Shown here: positions 24,891 to 36,469 of the stretch, one piece after another | How the letters are laid out: every line of letters begins with the position of its first letter | Numbering within the stretch: position 1 is the stretch's first letter | Assembly: GCF_963921235.1 (NCBI RefSeq) | Contig: NC_086097.1 | Coordinates: 169,572,001 to 169,636,000 of the forward strand | Origin: Mobula hypostoma | Taxonomy: Eukaryota | DNA: 64,000 bases | Direction: 5' to 3' | Notes under the pieces: model-generated | Told to the model about the DNA's origin: nothing | The model's input: only the letters and a program-made list of their open reading frames with translations | Database searches by the model: none | Translations under genes and position numbers: made by a program

Positions 24891-25671
24891 ATTAATATTA
24901 GTGCAGATATAAGAGCAAAAGATATCGGAGCAGAATTAGGCCATTTGGCCATCAAGTTTGCTCTGCCATTTCATCGTGGCTGATCCAGTTTTACTCTCAG
25001 TCCCAATTTGCCTTCTCCTCATATCCTGTCATGCCCTTACTAATCAAGAATGTATCATCCTCTGCCTTAAATATACATAAAAACTTAGCCTCCATTGCTG
25101 CCTGTGGCAAAGAAATCCATAGATTCACCACTCTCTGGCTAAAGAATTTCCTACTCAACTCCATTCTAAAAGGACGCCTCTCTATTCTAAGGCTGTGTCC
25201 TCTGGTCTTAGACTCTCCCACCATAGGAAACATCCTCTCCACATCCGCTCTATTGATGCTTTTCACTATTTGATAGGTTTCAATGAGGTCACCACTCATT
25301 CTTCTGAATTCCAGCGAATGCAGGCCCAGAGCCATCAAACGTTGATCATATGACAGCCCATTCAATCCTGGAATCGTTTTCGTGAACCTCCTTTGACCCT
25401 CTCCTGTTTCAGTGCATCCTTTCTCAGGTAAAGGGGCCAGAACTTCTCACAGTACTCTTAAGTGAAGCCTCACCAGTGCTTTATAATGTATCAACATTCT
25501 ATCCTTGCTTTTATATTCTAGTTCTCTTGAAATGAATGCTAATACTGTATTTGCTTTCCTTACCACAGACTCGACTTGCAAATTAACCTTTAGGGAATCC
25601 TGCACAAGGACTCTGAAGTCCCTTTTACCTCCTCAGTTTTTTATATATTCTCTCCATTTAGAAAATAGCCC

Positions 25672-27500
25672 TTTTTTGTAATTTATTTTTTATTGAAATT
25701 CAACATCATACAAACATTTCCATCAGGTGTATTTCAGATACTGTATGTATACAGGTTTCCCCCGCCATCCGAAGGTAGAGCGTTCCTATGAAATGGTTTG
25801 TGAGCTGGAATGTGGTAAAGCGAAGAAGCGATTACCATTTATTAATATGGGAAAAATTTGTGAGCATTCGCAGACCCAAAAATAACCTACCAAATCATGC
25901 CAAGTAACACGTAAAACCTAAAATAACAGTAACATATAGTAAAAGCAGGAATGATATGATAAATACACAGCCTATATAAAGTAGAAATAGTTTTTCACAA
26001 TCATTGCCACACTGTTCTCCGTAGCGAAAATTTCATGCACGTGCTCTCAGCAGAAACACTTTCTCTCCAGTAACCTTTAAGCTATGAAGCTGCCAAATCA
26101 TACCAAATAACGCATAAAAATACACAGCCTATATAAAGTAGAAATAATGTATGTACAGTGTAGTATCAGTTACTGGAATCGAGAAGTCAGCGCCGAGCAC
26201 ACTGATGATGGTGTGTTAGGCTGAGTTGTCGGAGGTCGGGGTGGTGCAGTGGACCCCAACCTCCGGGCAGCGGACTGAAACCAATCCGTGAAGAATTTAT
26301 GTTTGCCGCAAGTCTCCACATAGTATTTATCTGAAGTATACACTTATAGAAAAGAAAAGAAAGAACAAACAAAAGGAAAACTATGTACAAGTAGGGAGTG
26401 ATTTTTTTTTCAACATACTCACTGATTTGTGAGAATAAAATCAGACTTATGGGGTGTTAGGTAGTTAAGCCATTTTTCCCAGTATGAATCAAATTGTTCC
26501 AATTTATGATTGACATTTTATAAATGTCCATTGTAATTTCCATCCACATGTTTAAAGTTGGGCTCTCCTGTGATAACCATTTCCTGGTAAGAGTCTTTTT
26601 ACCAGCCATCAGCAGTTATAGTCATTAAATATTTATCTCTTTTCAACCATTCTTGAGGTATATACCCAAAATATATGGTCTTACTTTCTAACGGTATTTC
26701 ACATTTAAAAATGTCTTGTGTATCCCACTCCAATAGTCTTTGATAACGGGGCAATCCCAGAAAATATGGTTTGCATTTCGATTTTCACAATTTCTCCAGC
26801 AAACAGGGAGGTTACTATCATAATGGGATTTCTGAGAGGGTGTAATAAAATATCTTATCAGGTTTTTCCACCCCAGACTTCCTCCATTTCTGTGCACTGG
26901 TACACTTCCATTGATACCTCCATATTATTGTCCATTCTTCCTCAGAAATAGTTATCCTTCTTTCCTTCTCCAATTTTGTTTTAATGTATGAAGTGGAGTG
27001 TGTTTTAAGATTTGAGAGACCCTTATACACGCTTGAAATGATTCTACTACCGTTATCTGAATTGTATGCTTTTCTAAACAGTTCTATCGAACATGTACTT
27101 GCCTCGGTTACATTTTTCACCCTCTTATTAACATAATGTCGCATCTGCAAATATCAATAAAAGTCTTGCTTTTCTAATAAGTGTTTCTCTTTAAGCATTT
27201 CAAAACTGAACAGTGTTCCTTCTTTCATTATATTGCATAGAACTGTTATACCTTTAGCTGTCCAGTCCTTAAATCTAGCATCCAGTTTATTTGGTGTAAA
27301 ATCCGAGTCATATGCACACCATTTAAGAATTACAATATCTCCCTCTAGTTCATATTCTTTTATAATATTTTTCCATATTTTAAGAGTCCATTTCACCCAT
27401 GGGTTATCAATAGTTTTTATATAACTTTGAAGGTTGTTATCAGCCAAAATTGCCTGTATGGGGACGGAAGGTATCTTCTCAATGTTTTTCCATTGAGCGT
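25672..27500 (-). mobile_element. 5'-truncated L1/Tx1-clade LINE
   Basis: C-terminal CWRNC...HIFWDCP zinc knuckle, W..KGI...FSFE.LK remnant, and AATAAA with an A-rich tail (T-rich on +) at about 25672-25695. Confidence 0.75.
25752..26293 (-). mobile_element. Truncated second copy of the Tigger-like element (one TIR only)
   Basis: TA-CAGGTTTCCCCCGCCATCCGAAGGTAGAG; highly similar to 8557-9090. Confidence 0.85.
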
Positions 27501-27995
27501 GCCCTTTCTTTTACCGAAGTGCATGACGATACACTTCCTGAGACTCTATTCCATCTGCTATTTCTTTGTCCATTCTCATAATTGATTGAAGTCCTTCTGT
27601 AGCCTCCCTTCTTCCTCAACTTGCCACACCACCTATCTTCATATTGTCTGCAAACTTTGCACCAAAACCATCGATTTCATCAACCAAATACAATTGACAT
27701 GTAAGTTAAAAAGAATTGGTCCCAACACAGACCCCTGTGAAATACCACTAGTCATTGGCAGCCAACTAGAAAAGGCTCCCTTTACTTGCACTCTTTGCAT
27801 CCTGCCACTACTTTATCCATGCTGCTAGAATCTTTCCTGTAATACCATGGGCTCGTAGCTTGTTAAGCAGCCTCGTGTGGCACCTTGTCGAAGGCTTTCT
27901 GAAAATCCAAGTACACAACATCCACTGATTCTCCTTTGTCTATCCTGCTTGTTATTTCTGTTTTTTCTTCAAAGAATTCCAACAGATTTGTCAGG

Positions 27996-29010
27996 CTAGT
28001 GAGTGAGGCTACTAAGAGACCTATGATAACTCTGGAGGAGTTACAAGCTTCAGTGACTGAGATGGGAGAGACTTTGTATACAACAGCTGTTGCCCAGGTG
28101 CTTCACCAGTCACAGCTTTATGGGAGAGTGGCAAACAGAAAGCTATTGGTGGGAAAAAAAAACTCACATGAAGTCTCAGCTAGAGTTTATCAGAAGGCAT
28201 GTGGGAGACTCTAAGGTCAGCTGGAAGAAGGTTCTATGGTCTGATGAAACCAAAATTGAGGTTTTTGGTCATCAGACTAAACGCTATGATTGGTGTAAGC
28301 GAAACACCATACATCATCAAAGACACACGATCCCTACCATGAAACATGGTGATGGCTGCCTCATGCTGTCGGGATGCTTCACTGCAGCAGGCCCTGGAAG
28401 GTTTGTGGAGGGTAAAATGAATGCAGCAAAATACAGGGAAATCCTGGAGGAAGACCTGATGAAGTCTGCAAGAGAACTACAACTTGAGAGAGGACTTGTA
28501 TTCCAGCAAGACAATGACCCCAAGTATAAAGCCAATGCTACACATGAATGGCTTAAAAACAACTAAGTTAATGTCCTGGAGTGGCCAAGTCAGAGTCCAG
28601 ACCTCAATCCAAGTGAGAATTTGTGGTTGGACTTGAAAAGGGCTGTTCACTCATGATCCCCATGCAATCTTGAGCAGTTTAGTAAAGAAGAATGGGGAAA
28701 ATATCCAGTGTCCAGATGTGCAGAGCTGATAGGGACCTATCCACACAGACTCAATGCTGTAATTGCTGCCAAAGGTGCATCTACTAAATACTGACTTGAA
28801 ATGGGTACATATGCAAGCAATTATTTTGTATTTTACATTTGTAATGAATTTAGATCATTTTGTAGAGAACTGTTTTAATTTTGACATGAAGTATCTTTTT
28901 CTGTTGATCAGTGTCCAAAAAAAGCCAATTTAAATCCACTGTGATTCAGTGTTGTAAAGTAATAAAACATGAAGGCTTCCAAATGGGGTTGAATAGTTTT
29001 ATAGACACAA
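27996..29010 (+). mobile_element. Tc1-like transposon, 5'-truncated transposase pseudogene
   Basis: WKKVLWSDETKIE, FQQDNDPK and (stop)VNVLEWPSQSPDLNP.ENLW motifs (DD34E-type); degenerate right end ggggttgaatagtttt. Confidence 0.88.
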
Positions 29011-29459
29011 CAATTTATTTCCAATTTTGAAATGTTCCTCCAACATTAGCTAGTTTTGATTTCATGAAATGGTCTCAACTGTGAAAGCTTGTTTAATTTT
29101 GTGGAGTGTTGTAGAATAAAACTAATATGATCAACATGTTGGAAAACTATATTGTTATTCAAGGCAAATTCCTCAGGTGAAATGCCAAAAGATTATACTG
29201 TAAAGTTTTGTTAATCTGGCCTTTTTTAAGATTTTGGTGGGTTTTCTAGACTATTGTGCGTTACTCCTATTAAAAACCTCATAAAATAGCATAATATGTT
29301 TTTCCAGTGAACCTGTTAGGTTTAAAGGGAGCAGGAAACAGAATACTGGTGAATTTTTAAGGCAGTGGGAAATTGAATATTTTGAGTTTCAGCTTAATGA
29401 ATCAAACAAACAAAATCCCTGTGCACTCTGGTTCCAACTTCACACGTTGCATGTTCCTG

Positions 29460-32400
29460 ACCTAAGGAACCTCTTAGTCAATGTCAGCAAGCCCAAGGAA
29501 CTGATTTTTGACTTGGGAGGAGGAACCGGAGGTCCATTAGCTAGTCGTCATCGGAGGATTAGAGCTGGAGATGGGTCTGCAACTTTAAATTCCTCTCTAT
29601 TATCATTTCAGAGGATCTGCCCTAGGTCCAGCACACAAGTGCTATTAGAAAGGAAGCACAACAGCGCTTCTACTTTCTTAGAAGTTTGAAGATTCAGCAT
29701 GTCATCAAAAACTTGGACAAACTTCTGTCGATTTGTGTGGAGAGTATATTGAATGGCTGCATCACAGTCTGGTATAGAAGTACTAATGCCCTTGAACGAA
29801 AAATCCTGCAATAAGTAGTGGATATGGCTCAGTCCATCACGGGTAAAACCCTCCCACCATTGAGCACGTATACATGGAGCATTGCTGCAGAAACGCAGCA
29901 CCCATCATCAGGGGCTCCCACCACCTACGTCATGCACTCTTCTTGCTGCTGCATGTCATGGAGAATATCAGGGAGAAGGTACAGGAACCTCAGGACTCAC
30001 ACCACCAGGTTCACACTCTTCTACCATTAGAGAGGGAGAAGGGAAACTCGGAAGTGTCAGTATTACAGTTGAACAAAGGGAACTATGGTGCTATGAGGGG
30101 GGAGCTGGCCAAAGTTCAATGGAACAATACCCTAGCAGGGATGACAGTGGAACAGCAATGGCAAGTGTTTCTGGGAATAATCGGAAGGTGCAGGATCAGT
30201 TCATTCCAAAGAGGAAGGAAGATCCTAAGGGGAGTTAAGGGGAGGCCGTGGCTGACAAGGGAAGTAATGGACAGTATAGAAATAAAAGAGAAGTATAACA
30301 TAGCAAAGACGAGTGGGAAGCCAGAGGACTGGGAAACTTTTAAAGAGCAACAGAAGGTAACTAAAAAGGAGAGAAAATGAGGTACGAAGGTAAACTAGCC
30401 AAGAATATAAAGGAGGATAGTAAAAGCTTCTTTAGGTATGTGAAAAGGCAAAAAATATTTAAGACCAAAATTGGGCCCTTGAAGACAGAAGCGGGTGAAT
30501 TTATTACGGGGAACAAGGAAATGGCAGACGAGTTGAACAGGTACTTTGGATCTGTCTTCACTAGGGAAGACGCAACCAATTCAGATGTAATAGTGGCCAA
30601 AGGACCTAGGGTAATGGATGAATTGAAGGAAATTTATATTAGGCAGGGAATGGTGTTGGATAGGCTGTTGGGTCTGAAGGCTGATAAGTCCCCAGGACCT
30701 GATGGTCTGCATCCCAGGGTACTTAAGGAGGTGGCTTTCGAAATTGTGGATCCATAGGTAATCATTTTCCAATGTTCTATAGATTCAGGATCAGTTCCTG
30801 TGGATTGGAGGGTGGCTAATGTTGTCCCTCTCTTCAAGAAGGGAGGAAGAGAGAAAACAGGGAATTATATCCGGTTACCCTGACGTCGGTGGTGGGAAAG
30901 ATGCTGGAATCAATTATAAAAGATGAAGTTACGATACATCTGGATAGTAGTAACAGGATTGGTCTGAGTCAGTATGGATTTACGAAGGGGAAGTCGTGCT
31001 TGACTAAGCTTCTGGAATTTTTTGAGGATGTAACGATGAAAATGGACAAGGGAGAGCCAGTGGATGTAGTGTACCTGGACTTTCAGAAAGCCTTTGATAA
31101 AGTCCCACATAGGAGATTAGTGGGCAAAATTAGGGCACATGGTATTGGGGGCAGAGTACTGACATGGATTGAAAATTGGCTGGCTGACAGAAAACAAAGA
31201 GTAGCAATTAACGGGTCCCTTTTGGAATGGCAGGCGGTGACCAGTGGGGTACCGCAGGGTTCAGTGCTGGGACTGCAGCTGTTTACAATATATATTAATG
31301 ATTTAGATGAGGGAATTAAAAGTAACATTAGCAAATTTGCCGATGACACAAAGCTGGGTGGCAGTGTGAAATGTGAGGAGGATGTAATGAGAATGCAGGG
31401 TGACTTGGACAGGCTGGGTGAGTGGGCAGATGCATGGCAGATGCAGATTAATGTGGATAAATGTGAGGTTATCCACTTTGGTGGTAAGAACAGGAAGGCA
31501 GATTATTATCTAAATGGAGTCAAGTTAGGAAAAGGGGAAGCACAACGAGATCTAGGTGTTCTTGTACATCAGTCACTGAAAGCAAGCATGCAAGTACAGC
31601 AGGCCGTGAAGAAAGTTAATGGCATGCTGGCCTTCATAACAAGGGGAATTGAGTATAAGAACAAAGAAGCCCTTCTGCAGCTGTACAGGTCCCTGGTGAG
31701 ACCACACCTGCAGTATTGTGTGCAGTTTTGGTCTCCAAATTTGAGGAAGGACATTCTTGCTATTGAGGGAGTGCAGCGTAGGTTCACAAGGTTAATTCCC
31801 GGGATGGCGGGACTGTCATATGTCGTAAGATTGGAGCGACAGGGCTTGTATACTCTGGAATTTAGAAGACTGAGAGGGGATCTTACTGAAATATATAAGA
31901 TTATTAAGGGATTAGACACGCTGGAGGCAAAAAGCATGTTCCTGCTGATGGGTGAGTCCAGAACCAGAGGCCACAGTTTAAGAATTAGGGGTAGGCCATT
32001 TAGAATTGAGTTGAGGAAAAACCTTTTCACCCAGAGAGTGGTGGATATGTGGAATGCTGTGCCCCAGAAGGCTGTGGAGGCCAAGTCTCTGGATGCTTTC
32101 AAAAAAGAGATGGATAGAGCTCTTAAAGATAGCGGAATCAAAGGTTATGGGGATAAGGCAGGAACTGGATACTGATTGTGAATGATCAGCCATGATCACA
32201 GTGAATGGCAGTGCTGGCTCGAAGGGCCGAATGGCCTACTCCTGCACCTATTGTCTATTAGGCTCTTGACTCAGAGGGGTTAACTCCACTTGCCCCATCA
32301 CTGAACTATTCCCACAACCTATGCACTCACTTTCTTCTCACATTCTCAATATTCGTTGCTTATTATTAATGCTTTTATTTGTATTTGCACAGTTGTTGTC

Positions 32401-32560
32401 TTTGCACACTGGTTGTCCGCCATCTTGGGTGCAATCTTTTCAACGATTCAATTATGCCTATTCAATTAATTGATATGCCTACAAGCAAATAAATCTTAGG
32501 GTTGTATAAGGTGACATACAAGTACGTTGATAATAAATTTATGTTGAACTTTGAGGTATT
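29460..32560 (+). mobile_element. Rex1/Babar LINE 3' part, split by a CR1 insertion
   Basis: NVSKPKELIFD, ESILNGCITVWY and GRRYRNLRTHTTRF (to about 30025); the 3' UTR resumes at about 32261. Confidence 0.7.
30031..32256 (+). mobile_element. Relatively young 5'-truncated CR1 LINE with a 428-aa open RT frame (30889-32175)
   Basis: YLDFQKAFDKV, GVPQGSVLG, KFADDTKL and PHLQYCVQFW motifs; CTATT-type tail; ATTAG on both flanks as a possible TSD. Confidence 0.92.
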
Positions 32561-32815
32561 TTGAGCCCTGTCCATATACCCAGATTGCATTCTGGCACCC
32601 TCCCTCTTCTCTCCACCCCCCCCCGCACCCCAACCTGCTTTCACTCTGGATTAATGGGGGGCCAGATAATGAATCACTGGAATTTTCAAACAATCAGTAC
32701 TGGATTATTTGAGTTTTAATGTAATTTGTATGAATTCAGTAGAGATTTAAAAGATGCATTAATTGTACATTGAGTTTCATCTGCCACTGTTAACAATTTT
32801 TGCTTTTGATTGTAG

Positions 32816-32906
32816 GAAATTCGAAACGAGTCCCAGGACTTTCCCTATAAAGTAGCTAAGTATCCAGAAAATCAGAATCGAAACAGATACAGGGATGTCA
32901 GCCCTT
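32816..32906 (+). CDS. PTPN2: PTPN2 coding exon 2 ([30 protein letters not shown] + 1 nt)
   Basis: Pyrimidine tract and TGTAG acceptor, 91-nt exon, GTAAGT donor. Encodes the NRNRYRDV phosphotyrosine-recognition loop of classical PTPs and is in frame with exon 1. Confidence 0.93.
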
Positions 32907-33262
32907 GTAAGTTGTTATGTAAATTTTCTCTTACTAATATTAATAGTAATACTGCCATCTGATCATCTGTTTCTGTTTTAGTGTATGCAGATGAAAAATA
33001 GTACATTTTTTAATGTGAAGTAGCAGAACTGGACTGCTGCAGGATTCAGAGATGTACCTTTCTGCTATTTTAAGAGCAACAATAATTTATTACCTATTTC
33101 AAATTCTGTGCAAATTTATAATGGAAATTGCAAATATTTACTTATCCTGTTACAAACACATCGTTCTGCTAGTGCTACACAGCAATGTGTTGTCCAAGGA
33201 GTTCGGATACATGGGAAGGTTCAATTTTAGTATGGAAATGGGAATTTAAAATGGAGAAACTT

Positions 33263-33906
33263 TAGATTATGAGAACACTCAGTCCTCTTTTATTGTCATT
33301 TAGAAATGCATACATGCATTAAGAAATGATACAATGTTTCTCCGGAGTGATAGCACAGAAAACAGGACAAACCAAAGCCTAACTCTTGACAGAACCACAT
33401 AATTATAACATATAGTTACAACAGTGCAAAGCAATATCATGATTTGATGAAGAACAAACCATGGGCACGGTAAACAAAGTCTCAAAAGTCCCCGAGTCAA
33501 TTGACTCCTGAATCCCCGATAGCAGGCGGCAAAAGGGAGAAACTGCCTGCCATAAACCTCCAGGCACCGTCAGCTTGCTAGTGCCTTGGAAACAGCCGAC
33601 ACTGAGTCTGTCTGAAAACTTCGAGTCCTGAGTGCCATTGTCTGCCGAGCGCCTTCGACCTAGCCCTGGCCGCTGAAACAAGCAAAGCCGAGGATTCGGG
33701 GCCTTCTGCTGTGGAGATTCCGGTTACCACACAGTAGCAGTGGCAGCGAAGCGGGCATTTCAGAAGTTTTCCAGACGTTCCTCCGTACTCTCATGTCCAT
33801 CTCCATCAAATCAGAATTGTGCAAGGTCCCCTACTTGACAGATTACAGATATCATTCACCAGAGAGGCCGCATGCGCTGTCGTCGCGCCGCCATCTTCTC
33901 CTCCTC
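33263..33906 (-). mobile_element. Non-autonomous LINE-derived element (Rex-like 5' head joined to a LINE 3' tail)
   Basis: Minus strand begins gaggagaagatggcggcgcg, is CpG-rich, has no RT coding, and ends tgacaataaaag...ataatct. Confidence 0.55.
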
Positions 33907-34529
33907 AGGTCCTTGTCAGGTAGTAGATGCAGGATGCTATATTATTATCAATAGTTCCTCATTCTTCAAATATTCTTGAATGTTAATATAGGTATGTAAT
34001 CCAAACTCTGGACAGTGTTACACTGAGTTTTGTTCTGTCCCGGTTGGATGTAAGAGGGTTTGGCTACAATTTGAGCAAGAACAAGGAAACTCTCATCAAG
34101 TGTAATATTTATCCTTTAACTTCACTCGTAATTTATATTTTTTGTGTGGCATATTTGCATAAGTTGTTATCTAAGTGAAAAGTACTTTGTAATTATTTGT
34201 TTAATTAGCACTGAAGTATTTCTGACATTGTAAGTTCATGAGAGGTAGGATATAAATACCTTGCTCTTTCATTTGGATGTCCCTGAGCATTGTTGGGGAA
34301 ATCATGTGCTGTCTGTGGTTTTTCGAAAGAAATTGGTGTTGGAAAAACTTGTCTTTGAGAATGTAGTTCTAGTGAACAAGTGGGAACCAATAGATGAATT
34401 TCTGGAAGGAAGAATAACATTGGGATATTGTTTTAAGTGCAGTGGTAGCTCAGAATCCTGCAGTATGGAGGTATCTGGATGGCCTACATAAAACAAAGTT
34501 AGTATACTGGTACAGCAAGTTATTCTGGA

Positions 34530-35085
34530 AGGCAAATAGAATATTGCGCTTCATTTCAAGGGTTTCCAGTATTAAAATACAACTCTGTACAGCCTAGGTG
34601 AAACTGTATCTATAGTATGTTGAAGCATTTTGGTCTCCCTATTTAAGTATAGATGTATTTTCATTAGAAGCAACTTGAAGAATGTTCATTAGGTTGATAC
34701 CTGGGCTGGAGAGGCTTTCTTGTGAACAATAATAGGTGATTTTCAGCCTTTTTACATTATTCATGATATTCAGTAGAATGGAAGGTAATAATTTGGAAGC
34801 AAATGATTTTCAGGGGGCTTCAGTGAATAAATGTTGTTTCCCAAGATCCATAGTTTCAGCAGAAGGGAACCAACAGTTTAAATGGAAGGTGAAGATTTTT
34901 TCCTTTGAGCTCACGTGGCATATGATACGTGACTGTCTTAGGTCTTTGACAAAAGTCAAAATTTAGGGGAACCAGAAGTTCAGGGGAACAGACAGGAAAA
35001 TGGAGATGGGGCCAAGCTCAGATCAGTCATAATCTTACTGAATCATAGACAGGCTCAAACACCTGTATGATCTACTTCTTTATTA
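34530..35085 (+). mobile_element. Old CR1 3' fragment
   Basis: Decayed LY..LV...L.Y...FWSPY and 3' UTR remnants. Confidence 0.5.
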
Positions 35086-35094
35086 CTAATAACA

Positions 35095-36130
35095 CTGTAT
35101 TGATCCCAAAGGAAGTTATGGAGTCACAGTAGCATTATAAGTGCACAGGTATACAAATATTAGAAGAGAAGTAAGGAAGAATTTTTAAAAAAGTTACCTC
35201 AATTAGCCTAACAGGTGGGGGTTATCACTCTCCAACTATCGGTTGACTCATTAGAGAGCCTAATGGCCGAGGGTAAGAATGACCTTGTATAGCGCTCTTT
35301 GGAGTAGTGCTGTTGCTAAAACTAAAACTGCTCCTCTGTTCAGCCAAAGTGGCATGCAGAGGGTGAAAAACCTTGTCCAGAATTGCCAGGATTTTTCGTA
35401 GGATCCTTTGTTCTATCATAGCCTCCAGTGTGTCCAGTTTGACTTCTATAACAGAGCCAGCCTTTCTACTCAGCTTATTGAGCCTGTTGGCATCACCTGT
35501 GTTGATGCCATTGCCCCAGCACACCACACATAGAAGGTTGTACTGGTAGAACATGTTAAGGAGAGGCCTCTGTACTCCAAAGGACCTCAATCTCCTCAGG
35601 AAGTAGAGGCTACTCTGGCCCTTTTTGTACACAACCTCTGTATTGATGCTCCACTTGTCTTTCATCAGGTGCACCCCTGGGTACTTGTAGATCGTCACCA
35701 TATCCATGTTCTTACCATGAATAGTTACGGAGCAGTGCAGGCTTAATCTTCCTAAAGTCCCTCACCATCTCCTTTGTCTTACTAATGTTGAGCTGCAGGT
35801 GATTCAGCTTGAACCATTTGATCAAATCCTCCCATCCTCCCTTTATATACCCAACTATTGCTGAGTCATCAGAGAATGTCTGCAGGTAACATGATTCAGT
35901 GTTGTGTCTGAAGTCCGAGATATACAGGGTAAACAGGAGGGGAGCCAATACAGTCTCCTGTGGGGTCCCAGTGTTGCTTATAGCCATGTCTGACACACAG
36001 CTCTGAAGCTGCGCAAACTGGTCTACTTGTCAGGTAGTCCATTATCCAGGATACAATGGAAATATCCTGCATTGAATGGAGCCTCCAGCAATGAGGGCTG
36101 TATGGCATGGAAGAAATAACAAAAAACATG
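35095..36130 (-). mobile_element. Rex1/Babar LINE RT-to-3' fragment
   Basis: GTPQETVLAP, FSDDSAIVG and KKGQSSLYFLRRLRSF; related to 50845-52786. Confidence 0.8.
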
Positions 36131-36469
36131 ATACTCATGTGGGTATTACTGACAAAACCATTTGTTTATTGTCCATCTGTCACTACCTTTTCAGGGAAGG
36201 TGCAATTAACATTTGTACACAGTTGAAATCACTTGAAGCAAATTTAATTTTCTTACAAAGTTTTGGGTGATCCAGCAAGTTTCTTAAGATCTTGTAGCTT
36301 TGACAATTCTTTTTAGTGATACTATCTTCTTATTATAGATTTAATTAATTACTTGAACTCTAATTCTCATGCTGCAGTGTGATTTGTGTCTCGCAACTGC
36401 TGTGGATATTAGTCTGAAACTCAACCACAATGTTGCTGCAACAATCTGAGAATTCTTGGTCATTCATAT

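Larger units (their letters stand above)
24905..27995 (-). mobile_element. CR1 LINE 3' part, interrupted by an L1-like element
   Basis: ORF 24997-25365 (LEFRRM.GDLIETY...RGHSLRI...FFSQRVVNLW); RT motifs resume at 27500-27995. Confidence 0.8.

Noticed and set aside
30889..32175. 428-aa ORF, the longest in the track, as a host or domesticated gene
   Set aside because: It is the RT region of a 5'-truncated CR1 with upstream frameshifts and a LINE tail; there is no sign of domestication.
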